Assembly (NCBI GenBank): GCA_964510375.1 | Contig: CAZEBR010000005.1 | Span: 5,896 to 39,300 of the forward strand | Length of the DNA: 33,405 bases | Direction: 5' to 3' | Source of the DNA: Candidatus Hadarchaeota archaeon | GTDB lineage: Archaea > Hadarchaeota > Hadarchaeia > Hadarchaeales > JAGGTB01 | In this document: piece by piece, positions 1-9,100 of the stretch | How positions within the stretch are numbered: position 1 is the stretch's first letter | Layout of the letters: each line of letters opens with the position of its first letter | Program-made: the position numbers and the translations under genes | The notes under the pieces: model-generated | What the model was told of the DNA's origin: nothing | The model's input: only the letters and a program-made list of their open reading frames with translations | Database searches by the model: none

Positions 1-1962
1 CGGACATTTATTTTGAACGGTTATTTCGCCGCATTCAGTACACTTGCAGTGGGCCACTTCTATTTCTATGTCGCCTTTCTCGGAAGCTTTAGATATGTTT
101 CTCGTACTGCCTCCGGCCATACCTATCGGAAAAAGTACATGGGGGGGCGGGCTCATCTTTCTGGGCTTAGTCTTCTCGGGCCTGCCCATTCTGGTACCAA
201 TTCTGGTCGGAGCCTTTTCCCTGATGGGAAAACCCGCTAGGATCTTCAGAACTTCAAGGATTTCTTTATCCTTATTTTTCTGGATAACGGAGATCAAATT
301 ATCGGAGGTCAATGACTCACCTTCAATCAGGCCCATACATTTACAAAGTGGAAACGCTTCCTCTTCGAGGATTATTCGATTGTCCACGAATTCGTGTGGG
401 ACATTGAGTTTTTCAAGAAGGTTCTTGCCCTTAGGGTCGTGTTCAAGTTCGAGCTCATTAAGGAAACCATCTTCGAACTCCGCTAAACCTCCGACCAGCC
501 ATTTTCCCAACTCTTCGATGTCCTCCAACTCCAGATCATGATACAGGTAGGTGTATGCGGGATGCAAGGGCACTTCCAATTTCTCGGAAATTTCCACAGC
601 AGTCTTGGAAGAAGGATCCTGATAGGGAGCCTCGATATACTCGGTCAAATCCTCGTCGAAGCCTTTGTTTTCGAGAGCGGCTTTAACTTCCTGAGCCCAC
701 CACTCCTCACAGTAACCTGGAGGCATGAGCGGGTGATTGTTTTCCAGGAATTCTCCGTAACCGAAGAGTATATCGCCGAGGGAGAGAATCTCATCGATCT
801 CCTCCCTTAGAACCTTGGCCTGAGAAGAACTGGTTACTCTAACTACGGACCCATCCTCCAGCTTGACCAGTGGTCCTTCGATGGTATCCACCGGTGCGGC
901 CGCGGTGGCTTTTCCCGGGCGTTCAGTTTTTAGCTGTGTTCCGGCAGAAATGTGATCGTTTAGAATACGCATGGTGGCAGGGTGGATTCCCGCGGCGGCC
1001 AATCCGGTATTTCTAGCCCGCCCGTATCTGAGTCGGAACCCACCCGGTCTACCGGGATAGCCGAAAACTCCACGCCCTGCAATTATATCGTCCAGATACT
1101 TGTCCCCCTTTGGGTATTTCCGTTCCTCAGTCTCTTCGCCAGAAGTTTGGCCCAAATCTTTCAGAAAATCCCACCCGGACAGACCCAGGCTGTTGAGATG
1201 TTTCAAAATCTTTGGAGCTTTCTGAAGCACGCCCTCGGCTATGGCGAGAACTGCTCCTCCGCGAACCCTGTCGGTCTCTACCCTATCGAGGTCCTTGTAT
1301 CCCGTCACCGTCTCGCTCTCGGTCGGTTCGCCCGTGATTTCTACTGGTATGTTTTGGTAAGCTTTTCTGACTTCCTCTTCCTTTGGGGAATATTGAAGGC
1401 CGACGGATTCATCGTAGAGATTCACTTCCTCGACTGCTCGCTCGACTTCCAAGTCGGACGGTTTGTACGCACTTAGATTGAGTTCCTGTCTCACGAAGTC
1501 CCCGGTAAGAACCGCCAGAGCCGCAGCAGTACCGCCGGCGGACCTTATTGGCCCTGCAAAATACACGGCTAGGTATGAAGACCCATCAAAGTTCTGCTTT
1601 ATATCGACCTTGGTAATCCCTTCTATGGGGGCAGCGGCGGCAATACCCTCGGTTATTATTGCCAAACAAGTCCGGACCGATTGTTCCGCCGCTTCACCGT
1701 CGGGGAGGTGACCGAACTCATCGTTCACGATCATGGCCGCGATTTTGAACGCCAGATCCTCTCGGGAATATTCGCCCTCGAGCTCTCTGATTGCCTCCGC
1801 CACGCCTTCAGGACCCGCCAGCTTTTCGACCCGGGCGGCAAGGTCCTCCGCCAGTGGAATTTCCGGCTCTTCCTCCGGATCGTAACCCTGGGCTCGGGCC
1901 TCTTCCGCGACATCGTAGGCCTTCTCCAAGCCCTCTTCCAGCCGGTTAAAGTAATCCTCCAT
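1..1962 (-). CDS. polC: DNA polymerase II (PolD) large subunit DP2, N-terminal 654 codons; continues past the left edge
   Basis: Not in the ORF track; translated by hand. ATG at 1962 after SD-like GAGAGGT. Reads MEDYFNRLEEGLEKAYDVAEEARAQGYDP...GGFRLRYGRARNTGLAAAGIHPA...IGTRMGRPEK...HVLFPIG...CTECG, all DP2 signatures. The stretches I translated stay in one frame to base 1. Confidence 0.97.
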   Translation of the reverse strand, partial: MEDYFNRLEEGLEKAYDVAEEARAQGYDPEEEPEIPLAEDLAARVEKLAGPEGVAEAIRELEGEYSREDLAFKIAAMIVNDEFGHLPDGEAAEQSVRTCLAIITEGIAAAAPIEGITKVDIKQNFDGSSYLAVYFAGPIRSAGGTAAALAVLTGDFVRQELNLSAYKPSDLEVERAVEEVNLYDESVGLQYSPKEEEVRKAYQNIPVEITGEPTESETVTGYKDLDRVETDRVRGGAVLAIAEGVLQKAPKILKHLNSLGLSGWDFLKDLGQTSGEETEERKYPKGDKYLDDIIAGRGVFGYPGRPGGFRLRYGRARNTGLAAAGIHPATMRILNDHISAGTQLKTERPGKATAAAPVDTIEGPLVKLEDGSVVRVTSSSQAKVLREEIDEILSLGDILFGYGEFLENNHPLMPPGYCEEWWAQEVKAALENKGFDEDLTEYIEAPYQDPSSKTAVEISEKLEVPLHPAYTYLYHDLELEDIEELGKWLVGGLAEFEDGFLNELELEHDPKGKNLLEKLNVPHEFVDNRIILEEEAFPLCKCMGLIEGESLTSDNLISVIQKNKDKEILEVLKILAGFPIREKAPTRIGTRMGRPEKTKPRKMSPPPHVLFPIGMAGGSTRNISKASEKGDIEIEVAHCKCTECGEITVQNKCP

Positions 1963-1967
1963 AGTAT

Positions 1968-2771
1968 CTACCTCTCTAATAATTTCTTGATCGAATCCAT
2001 CACGAAATCGGGTTTTTCATCCGCCTCCGATGCCTTATCCGCATCGGTCACTCCCGAAAGCACTAGGATGGTCTTGAGACCGACCCTCTTTCCGGCCTCG
2101 ATATCGGTACTTATTCTGTCCCCGATTATTACAGCGCTTCCGGGGTCGGAATCTACCGATCTCAGTGCAGTGCGTAACATGTAGGGATGAGGTTTTCCAA
2201 CTATAGTGGACGGTTTCATTTCCGAAGTCCCCGAAATTGCCCCTATTGAAGCTCCGGCTCCGGGGGCTAAACCCTCGCTGGTGGGGTACGTAGGGTCGGG
2301 GTTCGTGGCTATAAAGTCCGCACCAGATAGAATCGCTGAGAGTCCTCCCCATATCTTTTCATAATTAAGGCCCCTATCCATCCCCACAACTACATATGAG
2401 GCTTCCTCCGCCCTGTTTCGTGGGAGCAATTCAAGACCGGCCCTCCTTAACTCTTCCTTGAGTCCATTTTCTCCGATCACGTAACAGGATTCGCCGCCCG
2501 ATTTTTCAGAGATAAATCGAGCGGTAGCGTAGGCCGACGTTACGACTTCAGATTCTTTTGCGGTTATCCCGAGGCCTGAGAGCTTTTCAACGTATTCTTC
2601 CCTCGTTTTCGTAGAGTTGTTGGTCAAAAAAATCAAGGACTTGTTTCGATCTCTCAGGGCTTCTATAGTCTCGACTGCACCTTCTATCGGGGAGTCTCCT
2701 AGATAGATTACTCCGTCCATGTCCAAAAGCAGGACGTCCAATTCCTCTAAGATTTCACATAGTTCAGGCAA
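1968..2771 (-). CDS. HAD-IIA (NagD-family) phosphatase/nucleotidase
   Basis: Motif I DMDGVIY, TNNS, cap ATNPD, GKP, motif IV GDRISTDIEAG. TTG start overlaps the DP1 stop. Confidence 0.93.
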   Translation of the reverse strand: MPELCEILEELDVLLLDMDGVIYLGDSPIEGAVETIEALRDRNKSLIFLTNNSTKTREEYVEKLSGLGITAKESEVVTSAYATARFISEKSGGESCYVIGENGLKEELRRAGLELLPRNRAEEASYVVVGMDRGLNYEKIWGGLSAILSGADFIATNPDPTYPTSEGLAPGAGASIGAISGTSEMKPSTIVGKPHPYMLRTALRSVDSDPGSAVIIGDRISTDIEAGKRVGLKTILVLSGVTDADKASEADEKPDFVMDSIKKLLER

Positions 2772-4377
2772 AGTTTATCGCCTTCGTTTCTTTCGTTTCG
2801 AGATTTACTATCGGCACGTGCCCAGGGGTAGGATTTATTCCCTGCCTTTTCATGAAAAGGGTCTGTTCTTGAAATGTGGCGGAGTTTATCATCAAAACTC
2901 CCCGATATTCCCTGCATCCGTATCTATGCAGATGTCCACAATGCAATACGTCGGGAATTTCGTCGATGACTAGGTAGTCCTCGTCCTCCGGAGCTATTGG
3001 AGTCCTCCCTCCCATCGGCCTTCCATAAATTGGAGCAAGGTGCCTTCTCACCAGCATCTCCTGCATAGCCAGTCCGATATCTTTCCTATCGAGGGTCGGG
3101 TCTGCAGATATTAAATCATCAAAACCCATCCCGTGGTATATTAGAAATTTGACACCTTCGATCGATAAGTACGCCGGGTTTCCTACGAGTTTGATGTCCA
3201 GCTCTCTCAAAGGAGCCACCACTTCGGAGCTCAGGGAAGGCTGGGGCTCGGCGAGCCTGACGGCATCGTGATTTCCGGGTGCAGCTATCATCTCTATGTG
3301 ATCCGGAACTCTGGAAAGTAGCTCGGCCACTCTTTGATACTGATCTCGAATGTTTTCTATTTTCAGCTCCTTCTGTTGTCCGGGATAGATTCCGATTCCG
3401 TCCACGAGGTCTCCCGCTATTATTAGGTATTTGACCTCCTCCGACATTCGTTTCTGCTCCTTGTTTCCCGCATTTCCGTTGAGCCAATCCAAAAATTTCT
3501 CGAACACCTCGGGAAGAAACATAGAACTCCCGACATGTAGATCGGATATTAAAACTGCGTATCCCGACCCTTCTTCGGATTTTTCTTTCGAACGTGAGGA
3601 TGCTCTTGGAAGGGGCAAATCGGGCCATACTAGCTCGTTTCCCCAGACAAGGGGGCTCCGGTTTCCACTTTTGAGATTATTGGGGACCTTCGCTCTCACG
3701 CCTATAACCTCGTCGGTCACGACCTTCTCCACTTTTTCGATTACATCCTCGTTCCTTTCGGAATCCTTTATGTAAATCACTCCTTCGCCGGTAGGGTCCT
3801 CCAATTCGATAAGCCAGGCGTCCTTCTTCCGTGTCTCCCTCTTATTCTTCACCAAACCCACGAGGTTCACCATGTCTCCCTCATGCCTGGGAATATTTTT
3901 CAATTCGGTGTAGTTTTGGAATCCTTCACGGGCCTTGATTATCCCGCTAATTTTCTCATAGCGGTCCCTGAAAAGCTGTACAAAATCTTCTACCTTTCCT
4001 TCGGAGGTACTCTTACCCGTGATGTGTTTCAAGACACTGGTTTTTCCTTCAATGTTCTCTATATCCTCGTCCGATACTGAGGTCTCCTCCTTGACGCTAC
4101 CCTTAGTTACTTGTTCAGTCTCGGATTCTTTTTCGTCACTAGTGGAATCGGTCGAGGGGGTCGGCGTAGACGAGGACGGGATGGCCTCCTCGGAATTTAG
4201 AATCTTTGAAATTATATCTTCCGTGATAACTGACGGACAATCCTCCCTTTCCTCCAAATCCGAGATTACCTCACCTATCTCCGATTCATCGATCTGGCCT
4301 GCCCTTTCGACCGCTTCGGGTGTGAGATGCATTCCACTCTCCATGAACTTATTGACGACTTCTGTAGATTCGGGCAT
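2764..4377 (-). CDS. polB: DNA polymerase II (PolD) small subunit DP1, proofreading exonuclease
   Basis: N-terminal helical domain, Ser/Thr/acidic linker, OB fold (LEDPTG), phosphoesterase motifs SDLHVGS, AGDLVDG, PGNHD, YHG, CGHLH. Confidence 0.97.
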   Translation of the reverse strand: MPESTEVVNKFMESGMHLTPEAVERAGQIDESEIGEVISDLEEREDCPSVITEDIISKILNSEEAIPSSSTPTPSTDSTSDEKESETEQVTKGSVKEETSVSDEDIENIEGKTSVLKHITGKSTSEGKVEDFVQLFRDRYEKISGIIKAREGFQNYTELKNIPRHEGDMVNLVGLVKNKRETRKKDAWLIELEDPTGEGVIYIKDSERNEDVIEKVEKVVTDEVIGVRAKVPNNLKSGNRSPLVWGNELVWPDLPLPRASSRSKEKSEEGSGYAVLISDLHVGSSMFLPEVFEKFLDWLNGNAGNKEQKRMSEEVKYLIIAGDLVDGIGIYPGQQKELKIENIRDQYQRVAELLSRVPDHIEMIAAPGNHDAVRLAEPQPSLSSEVVAPLRELDIKLVGNPAYLSIEGVKFLIYHGMGFDDLISADPTLDRKDIGLAMQEMLVRRHLAPIYGRPMGGRTPIAPEDEDYLVIDEIPDVLHCGHLHRYGCREYRGVLMINSATFQEQTLFMKRQGINPTPGHVPIVNLETKETKAINFA

Positions 4378-4381
4378 TATT

Positions 4382-5653
4382 TCACCCTAGCCTTGCCTGT
4401 TTCGATCCGGGAATCGAATCGAGATCCTTTATGTACATCTCGTCCTGTACCGCGGACCTGACCTGAATTGGGTCGACGTTTAATTCTACCTGTTTGGTTC
4501 TTCCGTACCGGCCGTTGCTCACTACCCTAGCGTTTAGAACTCCCATCATATCCAATTCAGAAAGTATTCCACTGATTCTTCTCCTCGTGAGTTTGTCGAA
4601 ACCCTGCTGTCTGCAGAGGGAAGAATAGACGTCGTAAATGTCCCCTGTTCCAATCTTACGGGCTTTTCGTTCCTTTAGAAGGAGAACGCTCATCAAGACT
4701 AATTTGGATTGTTCGGGAAGGGAGCAGATGGCTTCTTCCATTCTGTCCCGCTCGATCTTTTCTGACGCTTTTGAAACGTGAGTGGTAGTAACCTTTCTGG
4801 ACCTTTCCTCCTCGGCTATTTCCCCCGCATTTCTGAGGAGATCCAGAGCTTTTCTCGCATCGCCATGCTTTCTAGCTGCATGTGCGGCACAGAGGCTGAT
4901 CACGCCGTCCTCGAGAACGCTGTCGGAGAAACTCTTTCCGGCTCTTTCCTCTAGGATGTCCTCCAGCTGGTTTGCATTATATGGTGGAAACACTACCTCT
5001 TCCTCTCCGAGGCTACTGATAATTCTCGGATCGAGGTCGGAGACAAAATTTAAATCGTTGGAGATTCCGACAACGCCGACCTTGGCTTTAGAGAGATCGG
5101 AATTAATTCTCGCGAGCAGGTATAGGACGTCCGAAGTTCCTTTTGAAACTAGTCTATCGATTTCATCCAAAATGACTATGACTACTTGATTTCTTTGATC
5201 GATAACATCTAACAACTCCTCGTAGACTTCGTCCGTCGGCCAGCCCGTCATGGGAATCTCCTCCGGGAGTTCCGATTCGTCCATTTTTTCCGAGAGCTTT
5301 TCTCTAATCCTGTTGGAGAAGGTCGCAAGAACCCTGTATTTTGTGTCGACTACCTCGCAATTGAGGTAAGCCATTTCAATGTTTGTGGAGAGGTCATCTG
5401 CTGCAGTTTTCAATTCTTCCATGAGGTACTTCACAGTCGCGGTCTTCCCTGTCCCCGTCTTGCCGTAAACGAAGACATTTGATGGTGTCTCGCCTCTTAG
5501 CGGAGCGACCCAAATACGAGCTAGCTTGTCGATCTGCTCGTCCCGGTGTGGCAAATCTTCTGGAATATAGGTCGGCCTGAGATATTCCCTATCGCTAAAT
5601 ATCTGCTGAGTTTCCAGTAGTTCCTTAAATACTGTTCCCGATTTTTCCTTCAT
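4382..5653 (-). CDS. cdc6: Orc1/Cdc6 replication initiator
   Basis: LPHRDEQI, Walker A GKTGTGKT, Walker B ILDEID, GDARKALDLL, winged-helix GRYGRT. ATG 5653 fits the GGAGGT spacing better than 5659. Confidence 0.97.
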   Translation of the reverse strand: MKEKSGTVFKELLETQQIFSDREYLRPTYIPEDLPHRDEQIDKLARIWVAPLRGETPSNVFVYGKTGTGKTATVKYLMEELKTAADDLSTNIEMAYLNCEVVDTKYRVLATFSNRIREKLSEKMDESELPEEIPMTGWPTDEVYEELLDVIDQRNQVVIVILDEIDRLVSKGTSDVLYLLARINSDLSKAKVGVVGISNDLNFVSDLDPRIISSLGEEEVVFPPYNANQLEDILEERAGKSFSDSVLEDGVISLCAAHAARKHGDARKALDLLRNAGEIAEEERSRKVTTTHVSKASEKIERDRMEEAICSLPEQSKLVLMSVLLLKERKARKIGTGDIYDVYSSLCRQQGFDKLTRRRISGILSELDMMGVLNARVVSNGRYGRTKQVELNVDPIQVRSAVQDEMYIKDLDSIPGSKQARLG

Positions 5654-6146
5654 GATCATTTACCTCCTCATAAGAATTTTCTTCAAACATGCATTCCAGC
5701 CTCTGTTTCCAAGTCCCCAAATCTTCGGATACCCTATTTACCAAAAAAGCCTCTTCCGGTGGGATGTCTTCAGGAACCATCGAAGAGACTGCCATCCTGA
5801 GAAGTTTCCGAATCCTTAGACTGATGAGGGAATCGACCGAATCCCTCATTTTCTTGGCGTTCTCGTTCCGTCCCTCCTGCTCCATTTTTCTGATTTTGGA
5901 TGAAACGGCTCTATAAAAGCAGGATGGAATATCGTTCAGGCTCTTGTTTTTCTCCTCCCTCATTACAATCTTCCGAAGGCCAGTCAGGGAAAAATCGTCG
6001 ACCGGTTCGACAAGGCCCTCCTCCTCCAAAATGGATACCTCCCAAGGCCTCAAATGAGCTTCTTCCCCTTCCTTGTATGGACCTATTTTTCTACCGACCA
6101 GCTTTATCTTCGGAACGTTCTCCAAAGCCTTCACCTTCTGCTCCAC
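5625..6146 (-). CDS. gins23: GINS subunit Gins23 (Psf2/Psf3-like, B-A domain order)
   Basis: N-terminal beta domain (VKALENVPKI...GPYKEGEE..L.PW), then helical domain (E...L..IP..FY...R.RK...PEE...W). Directly downstream of mcm; GTG start after GAGGTGA. Confidence 0.85.
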   Translation of the reverse strand: MEQKVKALENVPKIKLVGRKIGPYKEGEEAHLRPWEVSILEEEGLVEPVDDFSLTGLRKIVMREEKNKSLNDIPSCFYRAVSSKIRKMEQEGRNENAKKMRDSVDSLISLRIRKLLRMAVSSMVPEDIPPEEAFLVNRVSEDLGTWKQRLECMFEENSYEEVNDHEGKIGNSI

Positions 6147-6152
6147 TCGGAG

Positions 6153-9100
6153 TCACCTCGTTGCACGGCTGATCAGCTCCTCGCTGGGGGAATAGAGGCG
6201 ACCGTTTTTCTTTTCTTTCTTGATCATCTCGTCCACGAAATCTCTGTCTATCCCTTCGGCCCTCGCCTCCTCTTTGACAACGTCGATAGGGGCACCCTCG
6301 CCGTAATCCTCTTCGACCTCGTCGATTATGTCCATGACCTTCCTGAACTTTTCCCTCTGGGTACGAGAGTGCCCGGTCATGAGCATATCTATGTCGGTCT
6401 TTCCGGACTCGTCCTCGATCCCGAGCTGTTTGAGTGAGGCCCTGAACAATTCTATGGCCTTTTCCGCGTCCTCTACCGTCACTTCGTCGGCGAGCCGAAG
6501 CCTTGCGTTACACTTAGCCAGCCTCGCCAGAGCTTCCAGTTGCCTGGCAGTTATGGGTATGACTTCCTCGCCTGCAGCCTCCGCTCCCGCGGCTGCGCTT
6601 CGCCACTGAACGAAGAAATCCTCCAGTTTTTTCTTCACTTCTTCGTTCTCGAACTTGGGGTTGACGTACTTCTTCGCATATATGACTAACTTTCTCAGCT
6701 CGTCCTTGCTCAACTTGGGTTTGACTACTTCTTCGGGCTTGCTTTGAAGGTCCAGCATATGGGCTGCAAGATTTCTGTCTCTCTCTTCCTTTGGAACGTC
6801 CCTCAATATGAAAATGAGATCGAACCTGGACAAAATCAAGGCAGGTAAGTCTATTTGCTGTGGAATCGGATCGTACTCGTCGAACCTTCCCATCCGGGGG
6901 TTTGCTGCGGCCAATATGGAAGTTCTGGTGTTTAAAGTGGCCACTATTCCAGCCTTGGCGACGCTGATGGTCTGTTGTTCCATCGATTCCAAAATTGCTC
7001 CGGATTCCTCGTCGTCCATCTTGTCGAACTCGTCGATACAGGCCATGCCTCCGTCACCGATGGCCAGAGCACCGGCCTCGAGGGTCCATCCGCCGGTCAA
7101 CTCATCGCGGACTGCAGCGGCGGTGTTATGGGTGACTATTCCATCACCGATGAAATTATGCGTCTCCGGGACCGTCAGGTCGTACAATCGTTTTTTTCCG
7201 GTCTCTTCAGTCTCCCTTACTTCCTCCCATTTCAAATCGGAGCTAACGACTTCTCCCAACTCATCCTTTATTTCGGATTCTAACTCTACGCTTTGGAGTA
7301 TCCGATTTGCTCTTTGTTCTCCAGGATTCTTTCCTTCAGTAGTGAAATAGGAAAAATGATCTCCACCACTTGCGGATGATTTCTGGAGGAGCTCATTTAC
7401 CGGTATTACGTCAATGTTAGAATTTCTCTCCTTACCGGATATCGATCTTAGACGATCGAATTTCTCCGTTATGTTAAAGTTAATCTGACGGGAAAATTCA
7501 TCTATATTCTCTCCCCTTATCACCAAGTGAGTCTGTATCGATTTGGTCTCTATCTCATGTCCGCTTTCGAGCGTTTCCGTGCCTCTCCTGTCCCTGGTCC
7601 TTCTCTTCGACTTTATTCCATAGGTTTCGAGCATCAACTGGACCTGTTTCGCTAGCTTGGAGCTTATCGTGGAATACTGTATGCTATCGCTCCCGTTTTC
7701 CCTAGAAACTACACAACCATCGGCGTCGAATAATCCTCTTAGAAACGCGTCAGAATTGACGTGAGTCGTAAGGTGTTTATCTAAACTCAAATCCCCCTTT
7801 GGTGTACGCATTCCTAAATTCCTAAAGAACTTGGCTATGGTCTTGCTATAGACTCTCAAACAAGGTACTTTTTCATCCTGCGTCTCTATTTCAACTTCTT
7901 TTCCAAATTTCTTCCTTATTATCCGGCGAAGATATTCCAACGCTTTTCTATTTGAGTTGGATATTCTTACCAGTCCTCTCCTATCCGACAAGGAAATGTC
8001 TCCGTCGCCAAATACGAAACCTACCAAGTACATAAGATCCTCGTCGAACTTTTCCGGCAATTCAAATTCATTTCCGTTTCTCAGCATTACGCTTTCGAAT
8101 TCCAAGTCTTTGAAGTCGATACTGAGTTCCTCGGAAAGAAATTCCAATTTTTTGAAAGGAATGAATCTCTTTCTTATCCCTGTATATACTAAATCTTCGG
8201 ATAATCCAAGCTTAGAAGCCGCTTCTCTTAGAGTTCCAAATCGCCGCCTCATTACATTTCTTATTTTTTCCGCCGTCTCCCCCGTCAGTTTGAACATTTC
8301 CTCATCAAATTCGTAATAATGTCTAGGCGGGATATCCGTCCGATCGACCTCAGTATAATCCGGAGAAGCCACATAATCCCCAGCCTCGATATCTGTGATG
8401 TTTTTCCATTGAATACCATTCTCACCACATGTCAGCAACTTAGTATTTTTAGAAGCCTCGATTTCTTTTCCGAAAGAGGTCTCAACTTTGATGCACTCTT
8501 TCTCGGGCATTCTCCAAATCAAAGAGGATTCTTTGGTAGTTATCTCATCCCCCTCAAACGTGTAAAGACCCTTCTCATACTCCTTGTATGTCTCCACTTC
8601 CGGTTGGAAACTTATCTGCTCTCTCCCCAATTTCCCGATTTCCTCAAAACCGTCTTCTGTGTGTATCAGAGTGTCTCCGGTCACGCATAGACCGGCTCCG
8701 GTGGACTTCTTACCGGAGGCATAAACGCTCCTGGGAGCCACCTGATTGACCCACTTAAGAAGTTGACTCTTCGCGGTACCCGGATCGCCGGTCAGCAGAA
8801 TATGGCTGTCACCCCTTATCCTGGAATCGTCAGGCAGTTCTACGGGAGGCGAACTAAAAAGCTGCAGTGCGATCGCTTCCTTGATGTTTTCGTATCCAAA
8901 TATGCTGGGTGCTACCGAGTTCACAATCATGTTTCTTACCCTGTGATTCTCCTTCAGCTCCTCAATCCACTCCTCGTCCTCTTGGGTAAGCTCGGTTTCC
9001 TCGACGCTCTTCTCCTTGACGGTTATGTGATTGATATCCAGGATTTTCTGGAAAGTAGTCTTGGTCTTGTTCCCCTGTCTCTCCTTAAAGGCGCGAAGGA

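Noticed and set aside
141..151. G7 homopolymer in DP2 as a slippage or frameshift site
   Set aside because: It encodes the conserved MSPPPHVLFPIG segment in frame.
13..2184. Plus-strand ORFs at 13-240, 44-541, 538-810, 982-1476, 1463-1711 and 1681-2184
   Set aside because: Antisense shadows of DP2 and the HAD gene, with no recognisable motifs.
4060..4200. Ser/Thr/Pro/acidic low-complexity stretch in DP1
   Set aside because: A variable disordered linker after the N-terminal domain is normal for DP1.
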